Source: a virus
Lineage: Duplodnaviria > Caudoviricetes
Virus record (IMG/VR): IMGVR_UViG_3300017913_000657
Span: 1 to 61,237 of that record
DNA length: 61,237 nt
Strand: one strand, 5' to 3'
Below, piece after piece: positions 52,735 to 61,237 of the stretch; position 1 is the first letter of the stretch; each line of letters begins with the position of its first letter. The notes beneath the pieces are model-generated. The model was not told the origin of the DNA and did no database searches. It saw only the letters and a program-made list of their open reading frames with translations. The translations under genes and the position numbers were made by a program.

Positions 52735-54849
52735 TTATCTTTGCTTGTATCGGCGGAAGAATACCTTCTCTTCGAAGTTCGCTTTCTTCTTTTCCCTCTT
52801 TACTTTTTGAGCACCCAGCAACGCCAGACCTGAACTAATCGAAAGGTCGAACTTGGTTCTGTTGTCAATCTTGAATCCTATCCAGTCTTCAAGGGTTCTG
52901 TTGAATGGCATACTACCGATGTTCCCCTCCTCGTTTACACCAACGTAGTTGTGGATGTAATCCTCGATGGCAGAGGCGTGTGCCTGAATAACGTCTTGGC
53001 TGTTTGAGGGGATACCCTTGGTCTTGACGTTGCTAGAGGAAGAGTTGTTCTTCAGGTGGTCTGGCCTGTCCATGACGTATCCGTCGTAACCCCTTGACTC
53101 AAAGTACCTTACGATTCCGTACTTGTTGTTCTCTATCAGAAGGGGGTAGCCATAGAACACCGCAGCCATGAGGATGTCCTCATAGAAGATGCTTGCCATG
53201 GGTGGGCGGCTGGCGTACTCAGCTACGAAGACATTCGCTGGTGCATCCATATTAAACTTGTTGTACAGGTGACAGGCACCCTTCGAGGAGCGACTATCAA
53301 CCGTGGCATCCAAGTCATAGGAGTCAACACCACCCACACCTATGTGCGCATTCGACGGCATCCGCTTACCCCTGTCGCTGTGGACCACGCTCCGCTTGTC
53401 GGGGTGTGGCATCCAAGAGATATACCACCTACCATTTGAGTCAGGATTAAAAATGACCCTCGTGTCTTTTACTCCGTTTGCCCACTGGAAGTTCCCACGG
53501 ACCACGGGGTTCGGGTAGAGATTGTCATTGTAATCAATCTGCTCGTAAATCTTACCGATGTTGAACAGGCTACCCTCGACACTATCTCGAAAGGCCTCCT
53601 CCGGTGTGAAGGGAAACTGCCGGATGATTTCATTCATCTCCCGCGCATCGTGCTTCACCGCCTCCCTCTCGTTCTTCAAGAAGGTCTTGGCACCGAACGA
53701 CATGGTGTCTCCGTCAAGAGTTTCTACTGGGGAGTCTGGGTCTGAGACGATGGGGTTACCGTGCTTGTCAAAGAATCCCTCCAGTGCATCGTAGGCCGGA
53801 ATGAATAAGCGATAGAGTCCAGATACTGTGCGACCGTTTGCATTTCGCTGCGAGGGGTCTGAGTCATTCCATAGCTGCTTGTACTGCTCCCCCCCTTTGT
53901 CCATGGGGTTGACTGTGCTACCAACCAAAGCCTTGCCAACAATACGGCGACCAACAATAAGGCAAGTGCGCTCAATACGCCAAGCCTCACGAACGTCAGC
54001 AGGCTTCTCCCACTTCCCCGCCTCATCCATGTAGAGCATGTGGAGTTTCTCCCCGTCATACGCATTGTTCGTTGTGTTTTTCCAGTTGAGGACTGTGTTG
54101 AGCGCATCGCCCGCTCGCGACGTCTTGTTATTCTTTGTAATTCTTTTGGATGGTTCGCGGAAAGCCAGCTCCATGCGCGGGTTAGTTGTACCATCTTGAA
54201 TCGGCTTGAAGAAGAATGGATAGTGCCTGAACATAGGCACCACCTTTTTCATGAAGATGTTCTCCTGAGCATCCTTACCAGTCTTTGACTGAATGCCCAG
54301 CAGCTTGTCTTTAACTTGAGTAGCCTCATCCAGCAATACACTAGCGCAGATATTAGTGTAACCAGAGCGGCGACACTTAGTGTAAAGCTGCCCAATACAA
54401 CGTGGGTCAACTTCGCACGCAGCCATGTGAAGAAAGATGTCACGTTGGAAACCGAGATATGACGGGTACCCAACATCCATCTTAGTCCACTGGAGTAGCA
54501 TGTAGTGTCGACCGGAGATGTACGCAGGTTTACCCTGATTGTAAAACCAAAACCCGTCACGACGCCTTCGAAATTCTTCTTCGATATATGGACGAAACCT
54601 CTCTCGAAACTCCTTCGGGGCTTCGGCCCACTCGTCCATGCTTCGAATACGGGACAGTTCCTGTGGCATAGGTACCCGTCGCCACACCTGCATATCTGCC
54701 TCCAGTTCTTCTCCGGAGATTCCGCGCTTGGGTGTTTCGGGAAGGCCAATGAGAAGCCCCCCAATTTCGACGATGTCGCCAAGCGTACCGTTGGGACAAA
54801 TCTTGACAACTTCTTCATCATAACCTTCGACCTTTACTAGGACACTCAT
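52735..54849 (-). CDS. terL: Terminase large subunit
   Basis: KCRRSGYT (Walker A-like), YMDEAGKW (Walker B), GSTVN, GGVDSYD (RNase H-like nuclease), LIENNK; start 54849 or 54867. Confidence 0.92.
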   Translation of the reverse strand: MSVLVKVEGYDEEVVKICPNGTLGDIVEIGGLLIGLPETPKRGISGEELEADMQVWRRVPMPQELSRIRSMDEWAEAPKEFRERFRPYIEEEFRRRRDGFWFYNQGKPAYISGRHYMLLQWTKMDVGYPSYLGFQRDIFLHMAACEVDPRCIGQLYTKCRRSGYTNICASVLLDEATQVKDKLLGIQSKTGKDAQENIFMKKVVPMFRHYPFFFKPIQDGTTNPRMELAFREPSKRITKNNKTSRAGDALNTVLNWKNTTNNAYDGEKLHMLYMDEAGKWEKPADVREAWRIERTCLIVGRRIVGKALVGSTVNPMDKGGEQYKQLWNDSDPSQRNANGRTVSGLYRLFIPAYDALEGFFDKHGNPIVSDPDSPVETLDGDTMSFGAKTFLKNEREAVKHDAREMNEIIRQFPFTPEEAFRDSVEGSLFNIGKIYEQIDYNDNLYPNPVVRGNFQWANGVKDTRVIFNPDSNGRWYISWMPHPDKRSVVHSDRGKRMPSNAHIGVGGVDSYDLDATVDSRSSKGACHLYNKFNMDAPANVFVAEYASRPPMASIFYEDILMAAVFYGYPLLIENNKYGIVRYFESRGYDGYVMDRPDHLKNNSSSSNVKTKGIPSNSQDVIQAHASAIEDYIHNYVGVNEEGNIGSMPFNRTLEDWIGFKIDNRTKFDLSISSGLALLGAQKVKREKKKANFEEKVFFRRYKQR

Positions 54850-55034
54850 CACAGAACTCGACCCCACCGGGTACTCCTGAAACTAGGAGAACCAACCTTC
54901 TTGTTTTTAGGGACCATGTATTGTCCGCACTCATCACACTTAATGTCATGTCTCACCTCCCCATCAATAACTTTGATGGAGATGTTGTGACCGTCTTGTT
55001 CGTGTCCATTTTCTGGACAGATGAATTTAGCCAT
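54849..55034 (-). CDS. Small zinc-ribbon protein
   Basis: CPENGH...CDECG. Confidence 0.65.
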   Translation of the reverse strand: MAKFICPENGHEQDGHNISIKVIDGEVRHDIKCDECGQYMVPKNKKVGSPSFRSTRWGRVL

Positions 55035-55327
55035 TACTTCGAGAATTTTTCTGCGAACCCACCTGAGTAGTCTTTGGTCTCCTCGATGGAACCAGTGGCC
55101 TTCAGGTCTTTCACCATTTGTTCAAGTCGTTGTCTTTCCACCAGCAACTCCTTGCAGTCGATTGCAGTTTGTTTGATGGACTGTAGCTCCGCCTTTCTCG
55201 CAGAACCACCAGCCTCTGGGTCCACGGGTTTCTTGACCTCATCAATCATATTGTTGATGGCAATCTCCATGGACTTCATGAGACGCTGTGCCGCCTCTAC
55301 CGTTGTGAACTTAGTTCGGGAGGACAT
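55034..55327 (-). CDS. Helical protein, possible terminase small subunit
   Basis: Coiled coil; position upstream of terL. Confidence 0.45.
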   Translation of the reverse strand: MSSRTKFTTVEAAQRLMKSMEIAINNMIDEVKKPVDPEAGGSARKAELQSIKQTAIDCKELLVERQRLEQMVKDLKATGSIEETKDYSGGFAEKFSK

Positions 55328-55901
55328 AGCTGATGTCGTCTACTCTCATCCTAAACACGATGGAGTCGTCATCCAGCTTCATCTTGTAGTCTGAGTCTTT
55401 GTCAAAACCAATGATGTCCCCCGGCTTCACGCCCTGTTCCTCCAGCTCCTTGTTTGGCATGAAGACCATTGCGGTGCGGTCCTCCTTCTTGTTCTGCTTT
55501 AGCTGAATGATGATGCCGGACTCGGTTACCTCATCCTCATCCTCCAGCTCCAGTCTGGGCTGAACGAACAGCCACTTGGAGAGCATGTGCAACTCAGAGT
55601 TCTTATCGCGGTAAGCGATAGCATGAGACTGCCTAGGTTCGTTCTCGTCGTAGATGACGATGTAGTTGTCGTCACCTAAAGCCAGACTTTTGTTCTGGGT
55701 AACGTGGTGATGAAAGAACAGGGTATCACCCTCCTTTACTCCTGTGTCACATACCACAGGAGAAGAAACAACAGTCCCATGACAAATGCGATGGTCAAAC
55801 TCGTTGAATCTTGTATCAAGGAAAATCTCTTGGTCGCCGAGCTTAACAGTGTCTCTGGTCTTACTCGGCACGTTTACAATAAAGTGCCTTAGGGCTTTCA
55901 T
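55311..55901 (-). CDS. GroES-like co-chaperonin with tandem GroES-type domains
   Basis: HGTVVSSP..GVKEGDTLFF and VTESGIII...GVKPGDIIGF. Confidence 0.7.
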   Translation of the reverse strand: MKALRHFIVNVPSKTRDTVKLGDQEIFLDTRFNEFDHRICHGTVVSSPVVCDTGVKEGDTLFFHHHVTQNKSLALGDDNYIVIYDENEPRQSHAIAYRDKNSELHMLSKWLFVQPRLELEDEDEVTESGIIIQLKQNKKEDRTAMVFMPNKELEEQGVKPGDIIGFDKDSDYKMKLDDDSIVFRMRVDDISYVLPN

Positions 55902-56134
55902 TCGAAGTTACAATCGTATTCAATTAGAATCGGTTGGTTCTCAACCGTCTTCCAAATATACGTTGAATCCTCGTCCTCGACGTAGACGTGGTACCTACGA
56001 ACGTTGTACTTGTACAGAGAAGCCTCGTCCTCCTTGATTACGCAGACCTTTGCGCGGCCCGCCTTCATGCCTACATAATAGGCCATCGCGTCCTTCGGGT
56101 TTGGCCCGATGACAATCTTTCTAATTACGTTCAT
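55898..56134 (-). CDS. Conserved hypothetical protein
   Basis: MNVIRKIVIG..PKDAMAYYVG...WK......PILIEYD. Confidence 0.7.
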   Translation of the reverse strand: MNVIRKIVIGPNPKDAMAYYVGMKAGRAKVCVIKEDEASLYKYNVRRYHVYVEDEDSTYIWKTVENQPILIEYDCNFE

Positions 56135-56139
56135 TGCTC

Positions 56140-56427
56140 TCAGTTTAAGGAAAGGCCGTCGAACCAACTTTGTGCTTCGTCTTCCTCTTCCTTGGTGAAT
56201 GCCACCAACTGGAGCTGCATGAACTCACCGTACTCTTCGATGTCTTTACAGTTCCAGCCGTAGGCAAGATTCCATTTGCGGTTCTCTTCGTCTTCCTCTT
56301 CGACCATGCCGAAGGCAGCCGTGTAGACGATTTCACCAGAGTGATTGTACTTGTTTACAATCTCCTCAATCCTCTCAAATACCTCCTCGACTTCTTGTCG
56401 GAAGGCTTTTTTCAAAATATCGTCCAT
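56140..56427 (-). CDS. Acidic hypothetical protein
   Basis: 95 aa, Glu-rich. Confidence 0.65.
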   Translation of the reverse strand: MDDILKKAFRQEVEEVFERIEEIVNKYNHSGEIVYTAAFGMVEEEDEENRKWNLAYGWNCKDIEEYGEFMQLQLVAFTKEEEDEAQSWFDGLSLN

Positions 56428-56431
56428 GGCT

Positions 56432-57268
56432 TTAGCTGTTCTTAAACACAGAGGCTGACCCCGGATTTGCCGAGGTTGTCGTCAAGTTAGCGTTAACCAA
56501 CCAGAACTCGTCGTCCACCGCGAGGCAGGTAATCATGTCTCCAACCTTACCTCCAGTAGTTGCTGAGTTGGAATCAATAGAGACAACAGTTCGGGAACCA
56601 GACTTGGCTTGGAAGTCCGTCGTGAAGTTGTCGTCCGTTGTGCTGAGTACAACCGCCTTTCCGTACATCTTGTCTCCAGTAGCCGTCTTAATCTTGAAGG
56701 CCGTAGTAGACTCGACACTGATGTAGAACTCAAGGTAGAGTCCAGCGGAGGCCGAAGGAAGCTGAACGTCCCCACCGTTGATTCCGCTGGCGTCAAGAAG
56801 AGTTGCCTTACCAGAACCATTCGCGTTGATACCCTTGGGTCCAGCGATGCTGGTTACATCCTTCCGAGCATAGCTGAAAGTAATCGTATCCCCACTCTGA
56901 GTAGCCTCAAGGTTGGTCCCCGCACGCAGCTCAACCGTAGTAGAGTTACTATTGTTGTCAGTGATGGTGATGTCGGGGGAGCTTCCGCCGTCGATAGTAA
57001 CGGTCACAGAATCGAAGGTGCTGAACACTTTGTATCCAACGTCCTTGGTGCTGCTGTCCCACACGAGTACGTTAGTAGACGTGGAGGTACTAGGAGAATT
57101 GAGCTGAAGGTTTTCGGCCTTGACTTTAGCAGTAGAAAGAGACAGCGCAGAGTCGTTGCCGCTACCATCCTGAACCACCTTAAAAGTACCGGAGAGAGCA
57201 GCTTGGTCACTCGTCTTCAGGAGACCCTGATATGTGTCCTTAACCTTCTTACCGCTAAGAGTTGCCAT
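56432..57268 (-). CDS. Structural (head/tail fibre-like) protein
   Basis: MATLSGKKVKDTYQGLLKT..VQDGSGNDSALSLST N-terminus; C-terminus resembles 40092..40826. Confidence 0.65.
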   Translation of the reverse strand: MATLSGKKVKDTYQGLLKTSDQAALSGTFKVVQDGSGNDSALSLSTAKVKAENLQLNSPSTSTSTNVLVWDSSTKDVGYKVFSTFDSVTVTIDGGSSPDITITDNNSNSTTVELRAGTNLEATQSGDTITFSYARKDVTSIAGPKGINANGSGKATLLDASGINGGDVQLPSASAGLYLEFYISVESTTAFKIKTATGDKMYGKAVVLSTTDDNFTTDFQAKSGSRTVVSIDSNSATTGGKVGDMITCLAVDDEFWLVNANLTTTSANPGSASVFKNS

Positions 57269-57273
57269 GTGCT

Positions 57274-57292
57274 TAAATTTGTTTCAAATATA
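57274..57292. promoter_or_regulatory. Overlapping opposed Bacteroidota primary-sigma -7 boxes
   Basis: + strand TAaaTTTG at 57274-57281; - strand TAtaTTTG at 57292-57285. Confidence 0.7.
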
Positions 57293-57298
57293 CGCCGA

Positions 57299-57727
57299 AT
57301 GAGCAGACACCATCCGGGTCGGCGCAGGCGAGACTTCAGTAAACTCAATAAGAGATACGTCAACAAGAACCATCTAAAGAAGTGGAGTCTTGTTGTCAGG
57401 GACATTAAGAGCAATCATGATGTCCAGCAGACGGAGCTTGAGTTCATGCTCTTCGTCTACGACTACGAGTTCTTTACGTTGTCTCACATCGCCAAGACAA
57501 TGAAGAGAAGCAAGAACAAGCTGTATGAAAGAACTATCCTTCCACTGAAACAGAGAGGATGGGTAGAGGACGTGTGGCATGGCAAGGATGTAGATACATA
57601 CGTTAATGCTCTGTTCGAGCAGAATGAGAAGTTTCACGAGAACAGACTAGGGCTATCCCAGAAAGGGAGGATGCTAGTTCAGCGCGTGTACCGAAAGTTA
57701 GATGGAGGGGAACCAATCAATTTGTAG
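57299..57727 (+). CDS. Winged-helix (MarR-like) DNA-binding protein
   Basis: Likely start MSRHHPG at 57299; ELEFMLFVYD...LKQRGWV...GLSQKGR. Confidence 0.65.
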   Translation: MSRHHPGRRRRDFSKLNKRYVNKNHLKKWSLVVRDIKSNHDVQQTELEFMLFVYDYEFFTLSHIAKTMKRSKNKLYERTILPLKQRGWVEDVWHGKDVDTYVNALFEQNEKFHENRLGLSQKGRMLVQRVYRKLDGGEPINL

Positions 57728-58343
57728 CCCTGAGGCTGGAGGAGGAATACTCATCCTCGAACTTCTCGTTGTATCCGAGAATCTTTGAGATGTAGTCGCT
57801 GGTCTCAAGCGGTAACCTGTCAATCCAGTCGAGGGAGTTGTAGATGTCCACTCCCGCTTCCTTCGCCTCATTCAGAACCCGGACGGTTGCCGTCGGCCCG
57901 AAGTTGTACGCGGCGAGAGCTTTGGCGGCACGGACTTCATCACTCCCCTTGTTCCAACTCCGGTTCATGAGGCTATCCATGTAAGCACGTTGCGCTTCCA
58001 GCGCGTGCTGAGGATTGAAGGCGTCGAAGTCATCTCGAAGCATACCCTTCTCCTTCATGTAGCTTTCTGTATCGGGCATGATTTGCGCAAGGCCACGCGC
58101 ACCAGCGGGAGACTCTGCGAGGGGATTGAATCGAGACTCCTTGAAGATTTGCCTGTCTAGAATCTGGTCATAGCTCAACTCACCCTGCGGAGGCCAGTCC
58201 ATCTCTCCGCCCTCCTCCATGTTCTTTTGGATAGCGTACTCTTGCTCGTATGCGTCTTGCGCGGTATCATGAGTCCCTAGGACTCTGTCACTCTTTCTGG
58301 AGATGAGCTGATACTTATTTCCGCGCTTGACAATCACGAGCAC
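57717..58343 (-). CDS. Lytic transglycosylase (SLT domain)
   Basis: ESRFNPLAESPAGARGLAQIMP, ALAAYNFGP, ETSDYI. Confidence 0.9.
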   Translation of the reverse strand: MLVIVKRGNKYQLISRKSDRVLGTHDTAQDAYEQEYAIQKNMEEGGEMDWPPQGELSYDQILDRQIFKESRFNPLAESPAGARGLAQIMPDTESYMKEKGMLRDDFDAFNPQHALEAQRAYMDSLMNRSWNKGSDEVRAAKALAAYNFGPTATVRVLNEAKEAGVDIYNSLDWIDRLPLETSDYISKILGYNEKFEDEYSSSSLRATN

Positions 58344-58377
58344 AATATACGAAATGCCTGAGCGTTATAGGAGCAGA
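58343..58377 (+). promoter_or_regulatory. Early promoter-like motif, variant, within the late arm
   Basis: caata-N15-cgtta. Confidence 0.65.
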
Positions 58378-58401
58378 CAAACCCATCAAACACATTTCAT
58401 C

Positions 58402-58848
58402 ATGAAGAACATCGTTTTACTTCTTGCTCTCATCCCCAGTGCGTTGACAGCACAAAAGGATATGCACTTCTTAATCATGGCCGACCTTGACCACAACCTC
58501 TTGTCATCTACAAAGAATGACAGCATGGAGTGGGTGGTTTTTATTGACGACTTGTATGCCCCATCAGGTAGTGGGGATTTCACGAAGGTGTCAGGGGGTA
58601 GCACGTCAATGGACTACTACACACGAGAGCTAGGTGTACACCACATCTTGCTAAGAAACAAGTTCAGCGGCAAGAACCTAGCCTACGTTGTACTTAGAAT
58701 TGACCACTCAACACGGAGCTTTCGCATCCGACAAGGTGACAGATTTTCAATGCTCATAGAAGATTCAGACGACCCGTATGCCGTGTATGCCCCTACGAGA
58801 AACAACAAAATTCAAAACCCGATGTTTACTCCCGGCCTCTTGGATTAA
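58402..58848 (+). CDS. Secreted/periplasmic protein (moron-like)
   Basis: Signal peptide MKNIVLLLALIPSALTAQ; CATC-ATG leader; opposite strand to its neighbours. Confidence 0.7.
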   Translation: MKNIVLLLALIPSALTAQKDMHFLIMADLDHNLLSSTKNDSMEWVVFIDDLYAPSGSGDFTKVSGGSTSMDYYTRELGVHHILLRNKFSGKNLAYVVLRIDHSTRSFRIRQGDRFSMLIEDSDDPYAVYAPTRNNKIQNPMFTPGLLD

Positions 58849-60101
58849 AAGGATGCCTTGATGTCGTTCTTGGCAAAGAAGCGACCGAGCGCAGTTCTGG
58901 TCTTGACGTAATTCTCGTTGTCCTTACCGAATCTAACGGTCTTGTTGAAAAGCCCCTTCTTCTCCTCAGAAACGGGTTGCTTGTCGCCCTTCACCTCAAG
59001 GCCTTTGTCACCCCGCCGTTGGTAAATCATTCCACCAAGAGACATGTTAGACTTTTGCTCGTTAATCCTCTCCATGGCAAGACGGCGTCTTTCGTCTGCC
59101 ATCTCTGATGCCGAACGCATGCGGGCGGCTGCTGAACCCTTCGCCTGATTGATGAAGTATTGATTGTCCGCCCCCTCAAACGTGCCACTGTCAGCAAAGT
59201 TGCCCTCTTCGTCATACACGGGTCCGCGTTGCTGTGAACCTCTTTCATCCATAAAGGCTTCTACGAACATTCTGGATTTTTCATTGTCTACAGAAAGGTC
59301 GACACCCTGCTCGGCGGCTGCCTCTGCCAACATAGAAATATCTCCGGGTTTTACGGTTCTGTCTCTGACGCCAGCCAAAACTCTGGGCAGCCTTCCACCT
59401 CTAAATCCAGCACCGCTAACTGCGTCGTTGGGGTCATAGAATCTGGCAGTCGGCACCAAGGCCTCACCAAACTTCAATGCGCCATGAAAGTCTCCAACTT
59501 TTTTGTCGGTCATGTAGCGAGTGGCGCGTTCAATCTTTTCTTCGTCTGACAAGTCCGCAAGGCCCTGAAAGTTCTCATTACCAGATTCAATCATCTGGTT
59601 GATTGCTTCAAGAGCTTGCTGAGGATTTCTCTTCATGAATCCGACTACAGCAGTGGCATACTGGTTGTACTGCTGGTCAAGCGAACCCTCTCCAGACAGA
59701 TACTGCTGACCGAACTCTGACTCTACAAGAGTTCGCTTCATGTCTTCATCCATGTCCTCAAGGCGACCAGAAGGAGGCAAGCTGAAATTGTAGGCGTCAA
59801 TCTTGCCGGGGGTTCTTGCCTGTTGCATACCCTCGTTGCTTCGGTAAGAGGCAGACACCGTCTGCTGCGAAGTCTCATACGGGCTGCCCTTCTTCTTGGG
59901 GTCTCCTCCATTGACCTCCGTTCCATTTTCAGCGTAGCGCATAACTTCACCTCCGCTCATCATGTACTTCTTGCCAATCTCGGTGCCGTACTTAGCACGC
60001 TTCATCATTGCACCGTACATAGCCTTCTTGAGGTCGTTGGACCCTTTGCCGTCAGCGGCGAACTCTGGGACCATCTTGTCCCCAACTCTTACCATTTTCA
60101 T
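58845..60101 (-). CDS. Hypothetical, probably virion-associated protein
   Basis: 418 aa; KVPxFAADGKG-like and AxxG repeat N-terminus. Confidence 0.65.
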   Translation of the reverse strand: MKMVRVGDKMVPEFAADGKGSNDLKKAMYGAMMKRAKYGTEIGKKYMMSGGEVMRYAENGTEVNGGDPKKKGSPYETSQQTVSASYRSNEGMQQARTPGKIDAYNFSLPPSGRLEDMDEDMKRTLVESEFGQQYLSGEGSLDQQYNQYATAVVGFMKRNPQQALEAINQMIESGNENFQGLADLSDEEKIERATRYMTDKKVGDFHGALKFGEALVPTARFYDPNDAVSGAGFRGGRLPRVLAGVRDRTVKPGDISMLAEAAAEQGVDLSVDNEKSRMFVEAFMDERGSQQRGPVYDEEGNFADSGTFEGADNQYFINQAKGSAAARMRSASEMADERRRLAMERINEQKSNMSLGGMIYQRRGDKGLEVKGDKQPVSEEKKGLFNKTVRFGKDNENYVKTRTALGRFFAKNDIKASF

Positions 60102-60523
60102 TTCTTGCGCAAATCTGTGTCGTGTTTTCTGGAACCACGAATATAAGAATTAACCCGCCCCATTGCCCACGCTGCCATGGACGCTCCACGGCGTGAACCG
60201 GACGACAACCAAGCACCCTGTCCACGGCGATAAACCTTGACCAGCGTGCTATACGAAATACCTGAACTCTTGGCCTTCTTCTGGAGTGTTGCCTTGGTAG
60301 CTGCACTCAATGGCTTGGCCTTAACCTTTGCCCCCTTCTTTGCTTCAACGCGCTTCTTGAACTTCAGGAAGGAAATCTTCTTACCCTTCCTGTAGTCTTC
60401 AGCCATGTCCTTCTTGTTCGCCGCGTCTTCCTCGACGCTCGCCTTGATGTCCTTTCCCTGCTTGGGGTCGGTGTACTTGGTCGGAAGGCCAAGTCTATAC
60501 GGCTGCTTTCTTTTACTTGCCAT
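60098..60523 (-). CDS. Basic protein (DUF5824-like C-terminus)
   Basis: SGISYSTLVKVYRRGQGAW.SSGSR...WAMGRVNSYI. Confidence 0.7.
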   Translation of the reverse strand: MASKRKQPYRLGLPTKYTDPKQGKDIKASVEEDAANKKDMAEDYRKGKKISFLKFKKRVEAKKGAKVKAKPLSAATKATLQKKAKSSGISYSTLVKVYRRGQGAWLSSGSRRGASMAAWAMGRVNSYIRGSRKHDTDLRKK

Positions 60524-60701
60524 GAGTAGCGACCTTGAATGAGGCTTCCTTCACAGCACCGGGATGGGGCTTGTAGTCACCCTTCATGAGATAGTAACGC
60601 CCCTGCTCTTCCATCCAATGGTATCCGGACGGGGGCGGAACGGAAACCTTCTTGGAGGAAACAGTGAGCTTGGGGCGTTGTGACTTACGAGCGGCTTTCA
60701 T
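60513..60701 (-). CDS. Small basic protein
   Basis: PPPSGYHWM...YLMKG.Y..H.GA motif. Confidence 0.65.
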   Translation of the reverse strand: MKAARKSQRPKLTVSSKKVSVPPPSGYHWMEEQGRYYLMKGDYKPHPGAVKEASFKVATHGK

Positions 60702-60937
60702 CCTTGTTGACGTTTGCGCTCCTTTTCAATCATCTTGTTCAGTGCGTCTTTGCGCAGGCCTGACAGAAGATACACCATGCTGTAATCCCGCACGATGGAG
60801 TCTGGGATGGCGACATTTGGGAATTCTTTTTTGAAGATTTTCTTCGTGTCCTCGAACACAGACTGCTTGGTAATCTTCTTCTTGGGTGGGTCCGTTGGGT
60901 CCACCTCGATTCCACGCTGTGCTCTTTTGTACTTCAC
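60698..60937 (-). CDS. Small basic hypothetical protein
   Basis: GTG start 4 nt after a TAtaTTTG box. Confidence 0.6.
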   Translation of the reverse strand: MKYKRAQRGIEVDPTDPPKKKITKQSVFEDTKKIFKKEFPNVAIPDSIVRDYSMVYLLSGLRKDALNKMIEKERKRQQG

Positions 60938-60951
60938 ACAGCAAATATAGT

Positions 60952-61218
60952 TTACTTAGTTAAACCCCATTTGTAGTTACTGTAGCCACAGTGAACCTTG
61001 AAGTCGATAGACTTGATGACGAGTCTAAGGTTTTCCTTCTGCTTCTTAATCCTAGCTGGGCTTTTGAATGCCATCTTGATTAGCCTGTCTCTATGGACGT
61101 CGCTGCCCCAGATGAGGTCTTTGTCGTTTCCGGAGAGTACCGCGTCGCGAACGACGTGCTCCCTCTTGGTCTTTCCGTCGTACAGGACGACGTCGCACAA
61201 ATGAATGGGGTCTCTCAT
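60952..61218 (-). CDS. Hypothetical protein
   Basis: 88 aa; its 5' part is duplicated at 1-122 by the overlap. Confidence 0.65.
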   Translation of the reverse strand: MRDPIHLCDVVLYDGKTKREHVVRDAVLSGNDKDLIWGSDVHRDRLIKMAFKSPARIKKQKENLRLVIKSIDFKVHCGYSNYKWGLTK

Positions 61219-61237
61219 ACAGGTTAAACGTAAGGAC
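61097..61237. repeat. Terminal direct repeat, copy 2
   Basis: Identical to 1-141. Confidence 0.97.

Noticed and set aside
56609-57298. N-terminal 230 aa of the 372-aa ORF 56609..57727
   Set aside because: Antisense shadow of 56432..57268; the likely start is the ATG at 57299 after a promoter box.
61097-61237. 141-bp terminal repeat as a biological DTR
   Set aside because: The length equals a common assembler maximum k-mer (141) and it falls inside a gene, so it is best read as a circular assembly overlap.

Overview
This window is a complete, circularly assembled dsDNA phage genome of about 61,096 bp; bases 1-141 are repeated exactly at 61097-61237. The host is very probably a Bacteroidota (flavobacteria-like) bacterium. 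Evidence for that is TAnnTTTG primary-sigma promoters, no Shine-Dalgarno sites, a type IX secretion C-terminal domain and a BT4734-like primase-helicase. The gene order suggests a podovirus resembling Crassvirales-related phages; this is inferred, not searched. The + strand (about 3.1-18.8 kb) carries early and replication genes: ArdC-like, annealing protein plus exonuclease, SSB, tRNA-Arg(TCT), primase-helicase, resolvase and class II RNR. I recognised no DNA polymerase or integrase. The - strand carries morphogenesis and lysis genes, including a 3331-aa polyvalent ejection protein. The most interesting signal is a candidate regulatory system with three parts. First, 11-12 copies of a promoter-like motif, CAATA-N15/16-CGTT-N4-CTATAGA, precede the early-type genes. 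Second, these genes share an (A/C)-rich ...CATCATG start region. Third, an intergenic structured RNA at 11675-11749 presents a 20-nt loop antisense to that shared start region (up to 19/20 pairs), a candidate single small RNA controlling the whole early gene set. All product calls come from motif recognition by eye.
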